Of a stretch of DNA of 64,000 nt, positions 53,401 through 64,000 are shown piece after piece. The position numbers were made by a program, and so were the translations under genes. Below the pieces are notes generated by a model. It had not been told where the DNA came from, ran no database searches, and saw only the letters and a list, made by a program, of their open reading frames with translations. The DNA comes from Bugula neritina (lineage: Eukaryota; Animalia; Bryozoa), in NCBI GenBank assembly GCA_964035545.1, contig OZ037770.1, positions 1 through 64,000 of the forward strand. Reading direction: 5' to 3'. Numbering within the stretch: position 1 is the first letter of the stretch; every line of letters starts with the position of its first letter.

Positions 53401-56400
53401 ATCACAATTCACAATACTGCACGGAAAGTTAATGAAGTGAGCTGAAAATTAGGTTGCTAGCATATTGATATACATTATATTGATTGTTGCAGTATTATTT
53501 TTGAAATTTGTTTTGTTATCAGTTATGTTTAACTTCTTCATAGAGCTGCTGTTAGACTAAGAGTAAGACATAATATTAGCAACAATGATAATATTAATAA
53601 TAATATTTATATTAAATTAAAATTATTATTAAATTCACGGTGAAGTATCACTATCACTATGAGTATGAGTATCGTATAAATTAATTATGAGTATGAGTAT
53701 CACTATGACATTAACTCAATCAATGATTGACTATTACTATGAATATGAATATGGCTTCTAATTCTTGTAACTTTTGACTATGACGATGCTGATACTGATA
53801 GTGATAATCACTGCCAGCCCAAGTCTCATACTCATAGTGATACTATTAGTATTAATAATTAGTATTACTATTAGTACAACTACTAGTATTACTCATAGTT
53901 CTGATAATGATGCAGATGATAGTTTTAAAAGTTCTACTTCTACTTTTATAGTAAGCTAGATTGTATATGTTGAGCTCTACTCATTTTTTACTACTGATTT
54001 GCTAATACTAATACTAATAGTAATAGTAATACTAATAATAGTTATAGTTGTTATAATGATAGTAATACTAATAGTAATAATAACTATTTCAATTTGATAA
54101 TTTATGTTTTATAACAGCATTATCGCTTATCATTTACATTGGTTCATAATATGCTTATTTTAATTTTGCTTTGTGTGTTTTGTCATGTTGTAAATTTAAG
54201 TTCGTATGGTTATTTAATGAACTAGAGAACTAGCCAAATGTTATGTAACGGTTGCAGTAATTTACTATAAACTCAGTGAAATTTAAAACCTAATTGATAT
54301 TACTATGACATTGATTGTACAGAGGTAGCTAAAATATACATTAAATTACCAATAATTTTAATTCGCCAATACACTATGAGTAGAACAATCAAATGCAATG
54401 ATAGAAAATTAATTAGTCATAGCAGCCCGTTGCTTGAGGAACATTGAGCTACAGGTCTAAAATGATGTAGTTTTGTGATCCCTTATATAACAAAATAATT
54501 TTTTCAAACTGGTTTAATACTTTTATTATAAACACGCTTATCAAAGTAACATGTTTTTGATGTATATTCTATTAAAAAAGCAATCACATCAGGTTTTCAA
54601 TTTGTATGTTGTACAAAGTTTATTATGGTGACAAGTTACTAAATCATATGGTTCAGCTTTGTAAAGTAAAGCTGATAAAATAAAAACAATTATGTGATTG
54701 TTTTACTGCTATATATTAAATTTAAATGAGTTGAATAATATCCTAGTGCAGTGAATTAGATATTTTTTTAGCTTTGGTACACCTGTTTGTTATAGGCTAA
54801 CATTCCACCAATAGAAGAATGGTGCAAGTAGAAGAAATTTCAGGCGCAGAAAGCTAAGGAGCAGTCAGAATGCTGCCAGAGTTGTGAAGAGGCACTTGAA
54901 AAAGCTGAATTTCAATAATGACATGAAATTCGTAACAGATCACCCTGGTGTATTTGAACTGACATGGCCAGCAGAGTTCTCGAAGTCACATACAACAGCT
55001 ATTTACATCATCATGGTTAGCTTAAATTTAATTCCTATATCAGTCTCTAATATATAGTTTGATATCTGCTGTAAATTTGCTTAAGGAGCATACACATAAC
55101 CAAAACTGAGTTACACTATAGTATTTGTTCTTGAATATATTTACCAAGATAAGTAGATTTGCTAATTCATTAACAGTAAAATTATAATGATACAACAATT
55201 TTTCTTTTAGATGATTCAATCAATAACACAAGACACTACAACATGGTTTTGCAGTTATAGAGTATTAATTTTCTGGCTCTTTCCAAATCTTCAGAGAAGG
55301 CAAAGAAAACCACTGTCAGCTTGCCTTTATAACTGAGTGCACGCGTCTTCCACCTACAGATGATGATAAACAATTTGCTGGTGTGGAACTTTCTAATTTT
55401 GTTTACAATGAAGATAGATTATAGGACATTATTCTTTATGTAAAGATTGTCAAGTTTTGTTATAATTAAGAACAGTTTTAGTTTCAATAAATCGGTTCAA
55501 CATTATGGACATCATTGCACAAGCATTTTAATCTTTACTATCTACAAAGGTATCTGATGGACTACTTGAAAATACAAAACTATGCTCCAGATACACAATG
55601 AACTGACCAGCAAAGTTAAAATGAGTTGGAGATGTAGAACATAATATCTTGTTCAAGGCTTTTCCCTGCTGTTGGAACCTTCTACTTCAGAACACTGAAT
55701 TGAACAAACATATGTAGATGTATGAAACTTTGCAAACAATAATAATGTGAAATTAGTTGCTAAGTATTACATTGCTAATAAATACAGCATTGTGTAATGT
55801 TTTATTTAATTTTTTTTGAGCCATTTGATCTATAGGCCTGCATAGTATTTACTATATTATAACTAATAAATTGCAGACACATTATGTCAGACCAGTTTCC
55901 ATTTAAATAGAATCGTGTAGGCTATCAAATTTGTAGAAGTAAAAAACCGAATTCTTATTGAGTAAAATACTTGCCTTTTTTTTCATGATGCCTCTACTGC
56001 TAAAAAGAGAAGTTTTTATCAATACAGCTCCATCAATCTGTATCCTGATGAAGCTAGTAGTTTAGGAACATTTGTGGCGGGGAGTGTAGGCTGAGCTGCA
56101 GTATAGGAAGAACCCCAACATATGTAATCTATTCAGCACATTATATGTATATTTATTCAAAAAAGAATTTAGAAAACGCTTTATGAAGCATGAACAAAGT
56201 AAAAATTAATGCTGGTGAAAGTAATATTATTACACCCATTAGAATTACTAGCAGCTATAGCATTAAAATTATGTATTTTCATAAAAATGTGTCTAATTTA
56301 TGCTACAAAGTTATTACTGCCAAAGGTTACAAAATTTACCAGTCACATTCATGCAGCTGGCGGAGAATAACTAACTTTCACATGCAATAAATACAATTAG

Positions 56401-59400
56401 TAGCTCAATCTAAAACTAATGCGCTATTAAATGTTAGGAGTATAAGTTATAGTTATTTTAAGGAATAATTGCAAAAAAGTTACTTAGAGGAATTTAACTC
56501 TTATTATAATGTAATTATCTTCCAAGATATATTACAACATCACTACTTGGATGCATACAATGTCATATTTATATTGGCATCAACATAATTTTCAATAATT
56601 TCCAATCTATTAACTTGAGCATTATGATTGTGATTATTTTATAAATAAGGCGATGATTAGGCACTGTTGGTATTTTGGTTCAATTTATTAATAGCTGTAA
56701 CAGGCAGAGTTGTAAATATAATGGATATATCAAAATTCCAATGGGTATAGTACTCTAACACAACATTGATACTAATAATTGTAGCCACTTACTCTTAGAG
56801 TTAGTGAATAATGATACAGTCATAACAATCTGAATTTCAATCAGCATTAGAGATAGGCTGACTGCTTTATAATATTATAGTTATGTCAAATTGAATTTAT
56901 TCACTATAACTATAAAATTTATGATTATAATTATAAATTAAAATAATTTAAATATTATATAATATATTGATAATTATTGGAATCATAATTATATTTATTG
57001 TTATGATCATTATGATTATAATTATTTAATATTATCTTTGTTTGTATTTAAAGTTGTTCCTTAAATTTAAAGTTGTTTAAGTTTTATAAATTTATTATAA
57101 TTATATTACTGTATAAGTATTGCTATTAGTATTAGTATAATTAAATTATTATAATTTATATTTTATTATTTATATTATTATTTATTTTACTTTTTATTTT
57201 AAGACCAGCAGTTCAAATTAATACTTGTGTCGTTTGTTTTATATTATAACTTACAAGTATAACTATTAACATAATAATTTTACATTTGTTATTAGTATTA
57301 CTATGAATATAAATATTTATATTAATATAAATATAGCTATTGGTATAACTTATACTTATAGTTATAACTAATATTATAAGTATTAGTTTCGAAACTGATT
57401 CTGCTCCGTAACTGATACTGTCATATGATTATCATTATGACTGATAATAGTATTAATAAATATAACCATTGAATATTATTAATAATAGTTCACCAATAGG
57501 CGACAGTCATAGACTTAGAGTTAGAGTGAGAGTCATAGACATACTCATAGTGATAGACTAGTGATACTCATAGTCATACTGATACTGTGATTCAGTTTCA
57601 CTGATTCAGTTACAAATTTTAAAACTTGGTTTTACGTAGACAACTACTAACCTATAATTCATCACAAAACGGTTGAAAATCATCATTTACTGCATATTTA
57701 AGAGTAATTTTCTGGTAGTGTGGTCGACATGATAATTGAAATTAAAATAGGGAAAATAATTATTTTGTGATTTACAGCAAGTTACAAACTAGCGAAATGG
57801 AATAGTCCATTTGAAAACAGTCAAATTAGTTACCTTTCTTGATGTTGCGTAGCTAACGTTAGTTATTAGTAGCCGCCCGAAGAGTAACATTCATGTGATT
57901 TGAACTACGAATAACGAGAATCTGTGACAAACCCGCTTCTTAATAACTTTACGCGATATAAACTCACGCTACAATAGGGCTATTTTGCCATCCCCACGTC
58001 AGAATAGGACACGGAGGGCACGCTCGCGGGCAAGTCTGGGCAAGTCCAAGACACCTAATATGACCACTTTTACTTACATTTTTGTAGTGTTTTCGTATAA
58101 GAAATTGGATAAAATGCTGATAAAACAGTTGAAAAGCATGCAAACTTTTGCTCAAATGTAATAAATAACCTGGAAGCTTACCGCCTTTAATTGTTACTAG
58201 TTGTCTATAGTACTGTATACTGTCATCATGAGAGCACCTGTTACTAGTTGTCTATAGTACTGTATACTGTCATCATGAGAGCACCTGTTACTAGTTGTCT
58301 ATAGTACTGTATACTGTCATCATGAGAGTACCTGTTACTAGTTGTCTATAGCACTGTATACAGTCATCATGAGAGTACCTGTTACTAGTTGTCTATAGTA
58401 CTGTATACTGTCATCATGAGAGTACCTGTTCCTAGTTGTCTATAGCACTGTATACACTCACCTGTCATCATCGACATCAGGGTACTTGTTGCTAGGCTTC
58501 ATACACTCCTGCACTCTCTGCATCCCTTCTCTAAATCTTTGCTGCATACGCCGTGCATAGACTGAGGCCCCTCCTTCACTGATATATCCACTGCAGTAAT
58601 CTGCATAGTCCCCCGTCCTGCTGTAAGGAGTACCTGTAGAACACCGGCACACAACAGGTGAACTACACTATAGTAAGTATACAATAAGTGTACTGTAAAT
58701 ATATAGTAAGTGTACTGCATGTGTAGTGTAAGTATATACTGTAAGTAAGTGTAGTGCAAGTACATACTGTAAGTAAGTGTAGTGTAAGTATATACTGTAA
58801 GTAAGTGTAGTGTAAGTATACTGTAAGTAAGTGTAGTGTAAGTATACTGTAAGTAAGTGTAGTGTAAGTATATACTGTAAGTAAGTGTAGTGTAAGTATA
58901 TACTGTAAGTAAGTGTAGTGTAAGTATACTGTAAGTAAGTGTAGTGTAAGTATATACTGTAAGTAAGTGTAGTGTAAGTATATACTGTAAGTAAGTGTAG
59001 TGTAAGTATATACTGTAAGTAAGTGTAGTGTAAGTATATACTGTAAGTAAGTGTAGGGTAAGTATATACTGTAAGTAAGTGTAGTGTAAGTATATACTGT
59101 AAGTATGCTGTACCTGCGTCAGAAAGATACCCATTGGCATAGCATTCTGCATCAGATGCATAGTCTTCGTGTATGTTTCTGGTGGAGGTCTTTGTGTTGA
59201 ATGATCTGTTCATCTGACTAAACCTAAACATACACGTCATATATATGTAATATACGCGTCATATATATATATATATGACGTGTATGTATATATGATATAT
59301 ATAATATATATGATATCATACATCACATACATATCACACGTGTATCATAATCATATGGTGTGTAGATTTAGTCATAATATAAGTGAACTACCACCATGGG

Positions 59401-62400
59401 AAGTGTGTGCTGTGTGCATGCTGAGGGTAGGGAGTTGTCCCTCTTACACTACTAAGTAGCACGTGCACTATGCTGTAGAAAAGTGGCAAAGTCGGGGAGA
59501 CAAGGCTAACCCCCTAATGAGTAGTGTATGTTAACATGAAGTACTCAGTCTACTCAGTAACTTACGTATCAGACTTCGGACGCTGAACCCTGAAGATACA
59601 AGTTTACTCGATATTACAGTATAACTACAGTATAACTACAGTATAACTACAGTATAACTACAGTATAACTACAGTATAACTACAGTATAACTACAGTATA
59701 ACTACAGTATAACTACAGTATAACTACAGTATAACTACAGTATAACTACAGTATAACTACAGTATAACTAACTACAGTATAACTACAGTATAACTACAGT
59801 ATAACTAACTACAGTATAACTAACTACAGTATAACTACAGTATAACTACAGTATAACTACAGTATAACTACAGTATAACTAACTGCAGTATAACTAACTA
59901 CAGTATAACTACAGTATAACTACAGTATAACTACAGTACAGCTACAGTACAACTACAGTACAACTACAGTATAACTACAGTATAACTAACTACAGTATAA
60001 CTACAGTATAACTAACTACAGTATAACTACAGTATAACTAACTACAGTATAACTAACTACAGTATAACTAACTACAGTATAACTACAGTATAACTAACTA
60101 CAGTATAACTACAGTATAACTACAGTATAACTACAGTATAACTACAGTATAACTACAGTATAACTACAGTATAACTACAGTATAACTACAGTATAACTAC
60201 AGTATAACTACAGTATAACTACAGTACAGCTACAGTACAGCTACAGTACAGCTACAGTACAGCTACAGTACAACTACAGTACAACTACAGTATAACTACA
60301 GTATAACTACAGTATAACTACAGTATAACTAACTACAGTACTACTGACTAACCTAGACAGAGAACTCTTTATATGAGGTTGGGAAGGAGCTGCACCACCC
60401 GACCTGCCCAGACGCTGTAGGAACTCAAATGAAGCTAATTTATCCAGAGGCTGCATAGGTTTAACTTGGAAGTCTTCATTGGAGTCGTCTGCCTTTTCAT
60501 TTGCTTTCAGCTACACAACAGTAATATAATATATATAATAACTTAGTAACATAATATAACAATATAATAACATAGTAACATAATATAACAATATAATAAC
60601 ATAATATATAATAATATAAGATATTATATGACACACATACTGTAGTTACTAGTACTACTAACCTTGTTACTCTCACTACTCTCTACTCTATCACTCTCTG
60701 GTTTACACACCACACTGTCAGTATTACTGGATGTAGTGTTATGCTGAGAGAGACTTGAGATACTCGAATCTGCACCTTTAATCAGGTAAATCAATATAAT
60801 TATAACAGTTAGCTGAGAGAAGTCTACAGGTAGCTGAGAGAAGTCTACAGATAGCTGGGAGAAGTCTACAGTTAGCTGAGAGAAGTCTACAGTTAGCTGA
60901 GAGAAGTCTACAGTTAGCTGAGAGAAGTAGCTGAGAGAAGTCTACAGTTAGCTGAGAGAAGTCTACAGTTAGCTGAGAGAAGTCTACAGTTAGCTGAGAG
61001 AAGTAGCTGAGAGAAGTCTACAGTTAGCTGAGAGAAGTCTACAGTTAGCTGGGAGAAGTAGCTGGGAGAAGTCTACAGGTAGCTGGGAGAAGTCTACAGT
61101 TAGCTGAGAGAAGTCTACAGTTAGCTGAGAGAAGTAGCTGGGAGAAGTCTACAGTTAGCTGAGAGAAGTCTACAGTTAGCTGAGAGAAGTAGCTGGGAGA
61201 AGTCTACAGTTAGCTGGGAGAAGTCTACAGTTAGCTGGGAGAAGTCTACAGATAGCTGAGAGAAGTCTACAGTTAGCTGAGAGAAGTCTACAGTTAACTG
61301 GGAGAAGTCTACAGTTAGCTGGGAGAAGTCTACAGTTAGCTGAGAGAAGTAGCTGAGAGAAGTCTACAGTTAGCTGAGAGAAGTCTACAGTTAGCTGAGA
61401 GAAGTCTACAGTTAACTGGGAGAAGTCTACAGTTAGCTGGGAGAAGTCTACAGTTAGCTGAGAGAAGTAGCTGAGAGAAGTCTACAGTTAGCTGAGAGAA
61501 GTCTACAGTTAGCTGAGAGAAGTAGCTGAGAGAAGTCTACAGTTAGCTGAGAGAAGTCTACAGGTAGCTGAGAGAAGTAGCTGAGAGAAGTAGCTGAGAG
61601 AAGTCTACAGGTAGCTGAGAGAAGTCTACAGGTAGCTGAGAGAAGTCTACAGGTAGCTGAGAGAAGTCTACAGATAGCTGAGAGAAGTCTACAGTTAGCT
61701 GAGAGAAGTCTACAGTTAGCTGGGAGAAGTCTACAGGTATGCATGTACCTGAGTGAACTCTAGAGCGACCCTTCAGAGCCATGATCCTCGCCTGACTGGA
61801 CTTCTGGCCGGGGAGGATGTGGAAGCTGGAGGTTTGAGCTAATGGAGTTTGAGCACCGGAGCCGCTGGAAATCTGACCTCCAGATGAGATTTCTTTAGGG
61901 GGAGATTTTCGGCTCTAGAGAATAAATGTTTATTATATGGTGAGTACATACTATGGTACATGAGAGAGTAAGTACATGTAGAGGTAAGTACAGGTAGAGA
62001 GAGTAAGTACAGGTAGAGAGAGTAAGTACAGGTAGAGAGAGTAAGTACAGGTAGAGAGAGTAAGTACATGTAGAGGTAAGTACAGGTAGAGAGAGTAAGT
62101 ACAGGTAGAGAGAGTAAGTACAGGTAGAGAGAGTAAGTACAGGTAGAGAGAGTAAGTACATGTAGAGGTAAGTACAGGTAGAGAGAGTAAGTACAGGTAG
62201 AGAGAGTAAGTACAGGTAGAGAGAGTAAGTACAGGTAGAGAGAGTAAGTACATGTAGAGGTAAGTACAGGTAGAGAGAGTAAGTACAGGTAGAGAGAGTA
62301 AGTACAGGTAGAGAGAGTAAGTACAGGTAGAGAGAGTAAGTACATGTAGAGGTAAGTACAGGTAGAGAGAGTAAGTACAGGTAGAGAGAGTAAGTACAGG

Positions 62401-63976
62401 TAGAGAGAGTAAGTACAGGTAGAGAGAGTAAGTACATGTAGAGGTAAGTACAGGTAGAGAGAGTAAGTACAGGTAGAGAGAGTAAGTACAGGTAGAGAGA
62501 GTAAGTACAGGTAGAGAGAGTAAGTACAGGTAGAGAGAGTAAGTACAGGTAGAGAGAGTAAGTACAGGTAGAGAGAGTAAGTACAGGTAGAGAGAGTAAG
62601 TACAGGTAGAGAGAGTAAGTACAGGTAGAGATATCTCACCTCAGTCTTTCTTGCTATTCTCTGCAGAGCTGAAGTATCAGTCTGAGTATTACTCTCAGTC
62701 TTAGCTCTGTGTCCGGCCTGCATAGCCTGCTGCTGCAGCTTCTTAGCCTGGTTTATGTCATCCTTACTTTGATAGGGAGAATTAGATACGCTTGTAGATA
62801 TCTTAGAGGAAGCTGAATGCGGTCTAAGAGGTTGACTAATCCCTGAAGTATGTTGATAGGCTGGTGGAGCTTTACCTAAGGAAGATGGTAGGTTGGAAGT
62901 GGCTGGAGGTTGGATATTAGATGCTGGTAGACTGGATGCTGGTAGACTGGATGCTGGTAGACTGGATGGTGGTAGACTGGATGCTGGTAGACTGGATGCT
63001 GGTAGACTGGATGGTGGTAGACTGGATGGTAAAGGCGGAGGGATCTTCAACCTCACATTACCAGAGCTACTCTCCGAGTTCCCTTCAGGTCTCTGCTTGT
63101 CTACGGAACTTGAAGCGGGTTTTGAGCTGTAACTGAGTGCCTTTGGCAAAGTTCTCTCTTTCTTTGATATGACGGGGGAGTTAGTGGACGCCCGCAAAGC
63201 AGTCTGTCTGCTGAGTGCAGAGTCCTTGGTAGACAAGACCCTGGAAGACGGGAGAGAGTTGTTTCGGACCAGAGCTGACTCTCTAGACTCTGGTTTCCCC
63301 TCTGCAGGAGAGTGGATGCCAGAGTCACTGCTCAGTCTGTTTGCTGCCTTGCCGACAGCACTTGGTGCTTGAATACGGCACTTGGCTAGGTTCTCTCGAG
63401 ACGGAGTGCGACTGCGAGAGCTGATGCTGCCGCCCCGCGGTATGCTGCTGCTCAGCGGAGGCTTGGATATCTTGCTTTCCTCTTTCTTAGAGGTCTTGGA
63501 GGAAATCTTCTCCTTTTTGGTAACTGTGGCAGCCTTTGAACCTGACTTATCGTCGGGTCTGGACTTGGAGCTGGTGGAAGTTTTCTTTGATTTAAACAGT
63601 TTGTCGAGCATTCCAGGAGACTGTGCAGGTACGTTGCTAGAGAGAAGGGATGCCTGGTTACTGTTGCTAGGGAGAGGGGATGCCTGGTGACCGTTGCTAG
63701 AGGATAACTGCAAGACAAGAATAGATAGACAGATACACACTGCATAAGACAGTACATACAATATGCATGTGGAGTGTGCATACAGGGTTATATAATACAG
63801 TATAATAGAATATAATATACACAGGAGAAGTTATCCTACCTTGCCGGGAGTAGAAGTAGCAGAGCTGTTTGATTTACTTGAAATACCACTGTTTGCACTG
63901 ATTGAATTATTACTGTTGGAGTTTTCTAACCCCGTTTTCCTGGCTCCTGATCTCCCATTACTAAGTCCTATTTTAC
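34888..63976 (-). CDS. NAV2: Neuron navigator (NAV1/2/3, unc-53, sickie family) AAA+ ATPase-domain protein; 3' ~1728 codons, 5' part outside the window
   Basis: 24 phase-consistent GT-AG exons: 63840-63976, 62640-63707, 61749-61914, 60663-60769, 60353-60510, 59114-59223, 58462-58633, 48603-48802, 48313-48495, 47677-48063, 47280-47332, 47141-47164, 44658-44732, 41269-41482, 40008-40120, 39215-39408, 38952-39096, 38498-38812, 37637-37892, 36867-37038, 36386-36601, 35842-36031, 35335-35532, 34888-35220. Family motifs: AHVVQAFEQSLGNMTARLQ, KKNWIRNSFSKAF, EKDMKLTDIRLDALTSAHQL, Walker A GPRGTGKS, IILDNLH, CPYIIGTMNQ, NFRWILCANHMEPVKGFLGRYLRRKL, WEDPTDW, LRAEDVGYD. The symbol denotes the family; this is probably co-orthologous to NAV1-3. 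Confidence 0.96.
35555..35812. repeat. Intronic 26-bp/17-bp minisatellite (ACAGTTGAGCTTACAGTACAGGTAAC)
   Basis: Fills most of intron 35533-35841. Confidence 0.9.
36041..36369. repeat. Intronic ~43-47-bp minisatellite (GAGAGTATACAGGGGGT[G/A]AGATACAGTGTAATATAAGGAGTGTA)
   Basis: Fills intron 36032-36385. Confidence 0.92.
36607..36850. repeat. Intronic 27-bp then 15-bp minisatellites
   Basis: ACAGGTATAATAATAGTTATATATTAC followed by ACAGGTGTATATCAT. Confidence 0.9.
37086..37625. repeat. Intronic 16-bp minisatellite TAGTGAGTGTGACTAG
   Basis: Fills intron 37039-37636. Confidence 0.95.
37951..38485. repeat. Intronic (TA)n at 37951-38002 and imperfect (AGT)n at 38075-38485
   Basis: Direct inspection. 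Confidence 0.95.
40144..40844. repeat. Intronic 11-bp minisatellite AGGTAGA(GAGT/GAGC/TACT/CACT)
   Basis: Direct inspection. Confidence 0.93.
42447..43186. repeat. Intronic 20-bp minisatellite GTACTGTAGTATCAGTGTA[C/G/A]
   Basis: Direct inspection. Confidence 0.95.
43244..43498 (-). CDS. Candidate alternative first (or cassette) exon of NAV
   Basis: 85 open codons from ATG 43498 (MERTYSSFYGFDEK...SETYM) ending in the phase-0 donor ATG|GTAAGG, in frame with exon 41269-41482. CCAAT boxes at 43631 and 43659. Confidence 0.65.
44747..47140. repeat. Intronic 20-bp satellite TATACTAACTATACACTGTA, 2.4 kb, with a 992-bp higher-order duplication
   Basis: Rare variants recur 992 bp apart (45561/46553; 46001/46993). 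Confidence 0.96.
47348..47665. repeat. Intronic imperfect 8-bp repeat AGTAATA[T/C]
   Basis: Direct inspection. Confidence 0.88.
48075..48312. repeat. Intronic ~30-bp minisatellite AACTCACAGTCAACTAGTAGTTAGAGT...
   Basis: Fills intron 48064-48312; the sense-strand unit begins with the donor GTGAGTT. Confidence 0.92.
48497..48597. repeat. Intronic ~17-bp minisatellite TACAGTGTGTAACTCTA
   Basis: Spans nearly the entire 107-bp intron. Confidence 0.88.
48802..49836. repeat. Intronic 21-bp minisatellite GAGCTGTATAAGAGAGAGACT, ~49 copies
   Basis: Abuts and includes the acceptor of exon 48603-48802. Confidence 0.96.
50690..52540. repeat. Intronic 22-bp (AGAGTATAATACAGAGTATAGT, 50690-51553) and 15-bp (CAGATATACTATATA, 51629-52540) minisatellites
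   Basis: Direct inspection. Confidence 0.94.
52622..52754. repeat. 30-bp repeat carrying five AACCAATCA (CCAAT) boxes
   Basis: Units start at 52622, 52652, 52682, 52712 and 52742. Confidence 0.85.
52925..58186. mobile_element. Decayed Kolobok DNA transposon, 5.26 kb, inside a NAV intron
   Basis: TTAA on both flanks (52921-52924, 58187-58190). TIR ACATCGTAAGCATCCAGGTTATTT vs rc AGGCGGTAAGCTTCCAGGTTATTT. Internal KolX-like remnant. Confidence 0.85.
54772..55400 (+). pseudogene. KolX (P2X7 C-terminal ballast-like) pseudogene, two exons (54772-55015, 55211-~55400)
   Basis: Manual translation with stops and frameshifts: EWCK*..ECCQSCEE, VTDHPG, VLEVTYNSYLHHHG | FCSYRVLIFWLFPNLQRRQRKPLSACLYN*. 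This matches the family pattern WC..C..CC / ITxHPGF / VL..AY / YR..W..L..R.PLPSC. Confidence 0.75.
58193..58455. repeat. Intronic 47-bp minisatellite derived from the exon/intron junction, ~5.6 copies
   Basis: Unit GTTACTAGTTGTCTATAGTACTGTATACTGTCATCATGAGAGTACCT. Confidence 0.93.
58721..59105. repeat. Intronic 26/28-bp minisatellite GTAAGTAAGTGTAGTGTAAGTATATACT
   Basis: Direct inspection. Confidence 0.94.
59566..59589 (-). CDS. Candidate 24-nt cassette microexon of NAV (R-VQRPKSD-T)
   Basis: TATCTTCAG|GGTTCAGCGTCCGAAGTCTGATAC|GTAAGT; symmetric, phase 2, stop-free and in frame with the flanking exons. Confidence 0.65.
59615..60341. repeat. Intronic 11/15-bp minisatellite ACAGTATAACT
   Basis: Direct inspection. 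Confidence 0.95.
60806..61738. repeat. Intronic 21-bp minisatellite AGCTGAGAGAAGTCTACAGTT, with 12-bp deletion variants
   Basis: Fills intron 60770-61748. Confidence 0.95.
61956..62631. repeat. Intronic 19-bp minisatellite GAGAGAGTAAGTACAGGTA with periodic 15-bp variant units
   Basis: Fills intron 61915-62639. Confidence 0.95.
62918..63030 (-). repeat. Coding 15-bp repeat encoding (SSLP[A/P])n in NAV exon 62640-63707
   Basis: GGTAGACTGGATG[C/G]T x ~7, frame-preserving. Confidence 0.9.
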
Positions 63977-64000
63977 CTGCCATACAGAGAGCATAGAAGT

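Noticed and set aside
35533-62639. Idea that the NAV introns were created by tandem duplication of AG|GT-containing units
   Set aside because: Splice sites mostly lie in short unique flanks and the exons join into conserved protein, so the arrays appear to have expanded inside pre-existing introns.

Overview
Left end of an animal chromosome. Bases 1-9892 are a ~9.9 kb telomeric array of (CCCCAAA)n, G-strand TTTGGGG, not the canonical metazoan TTAGGG. It joins abruptly to a ~24 kb AT-rich subtelomere (9.9-34 kb) made of shuffled direct and inverted duplications of exon-like cassettes, a perfect (GACTAA)n tract, a solo LTR with an empty paralogous site, a 3.3 kb TIR element and a 14-bp satellite. 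From 34.9 kb to the window edge lies the 3' part of a neuron navigator (NAV/unc-53/sickie) gene on the minus strand. I traced 24 phase-consistent GT-AG exons, plus a candidate microexon and a candidate alternative exon; the 5' end is outside the window. About 18 of its 23 introns hold their own private tandem repeat. Several of these arrays are built from the adjacent splice site or stop codon, and most unrelated units share a TACAG/CTGTA core. A decayed Kolobok transposon with a KolX remnant sits in the largest intron. All coordinates were read by eye, and array ends are approximate to a few bp.
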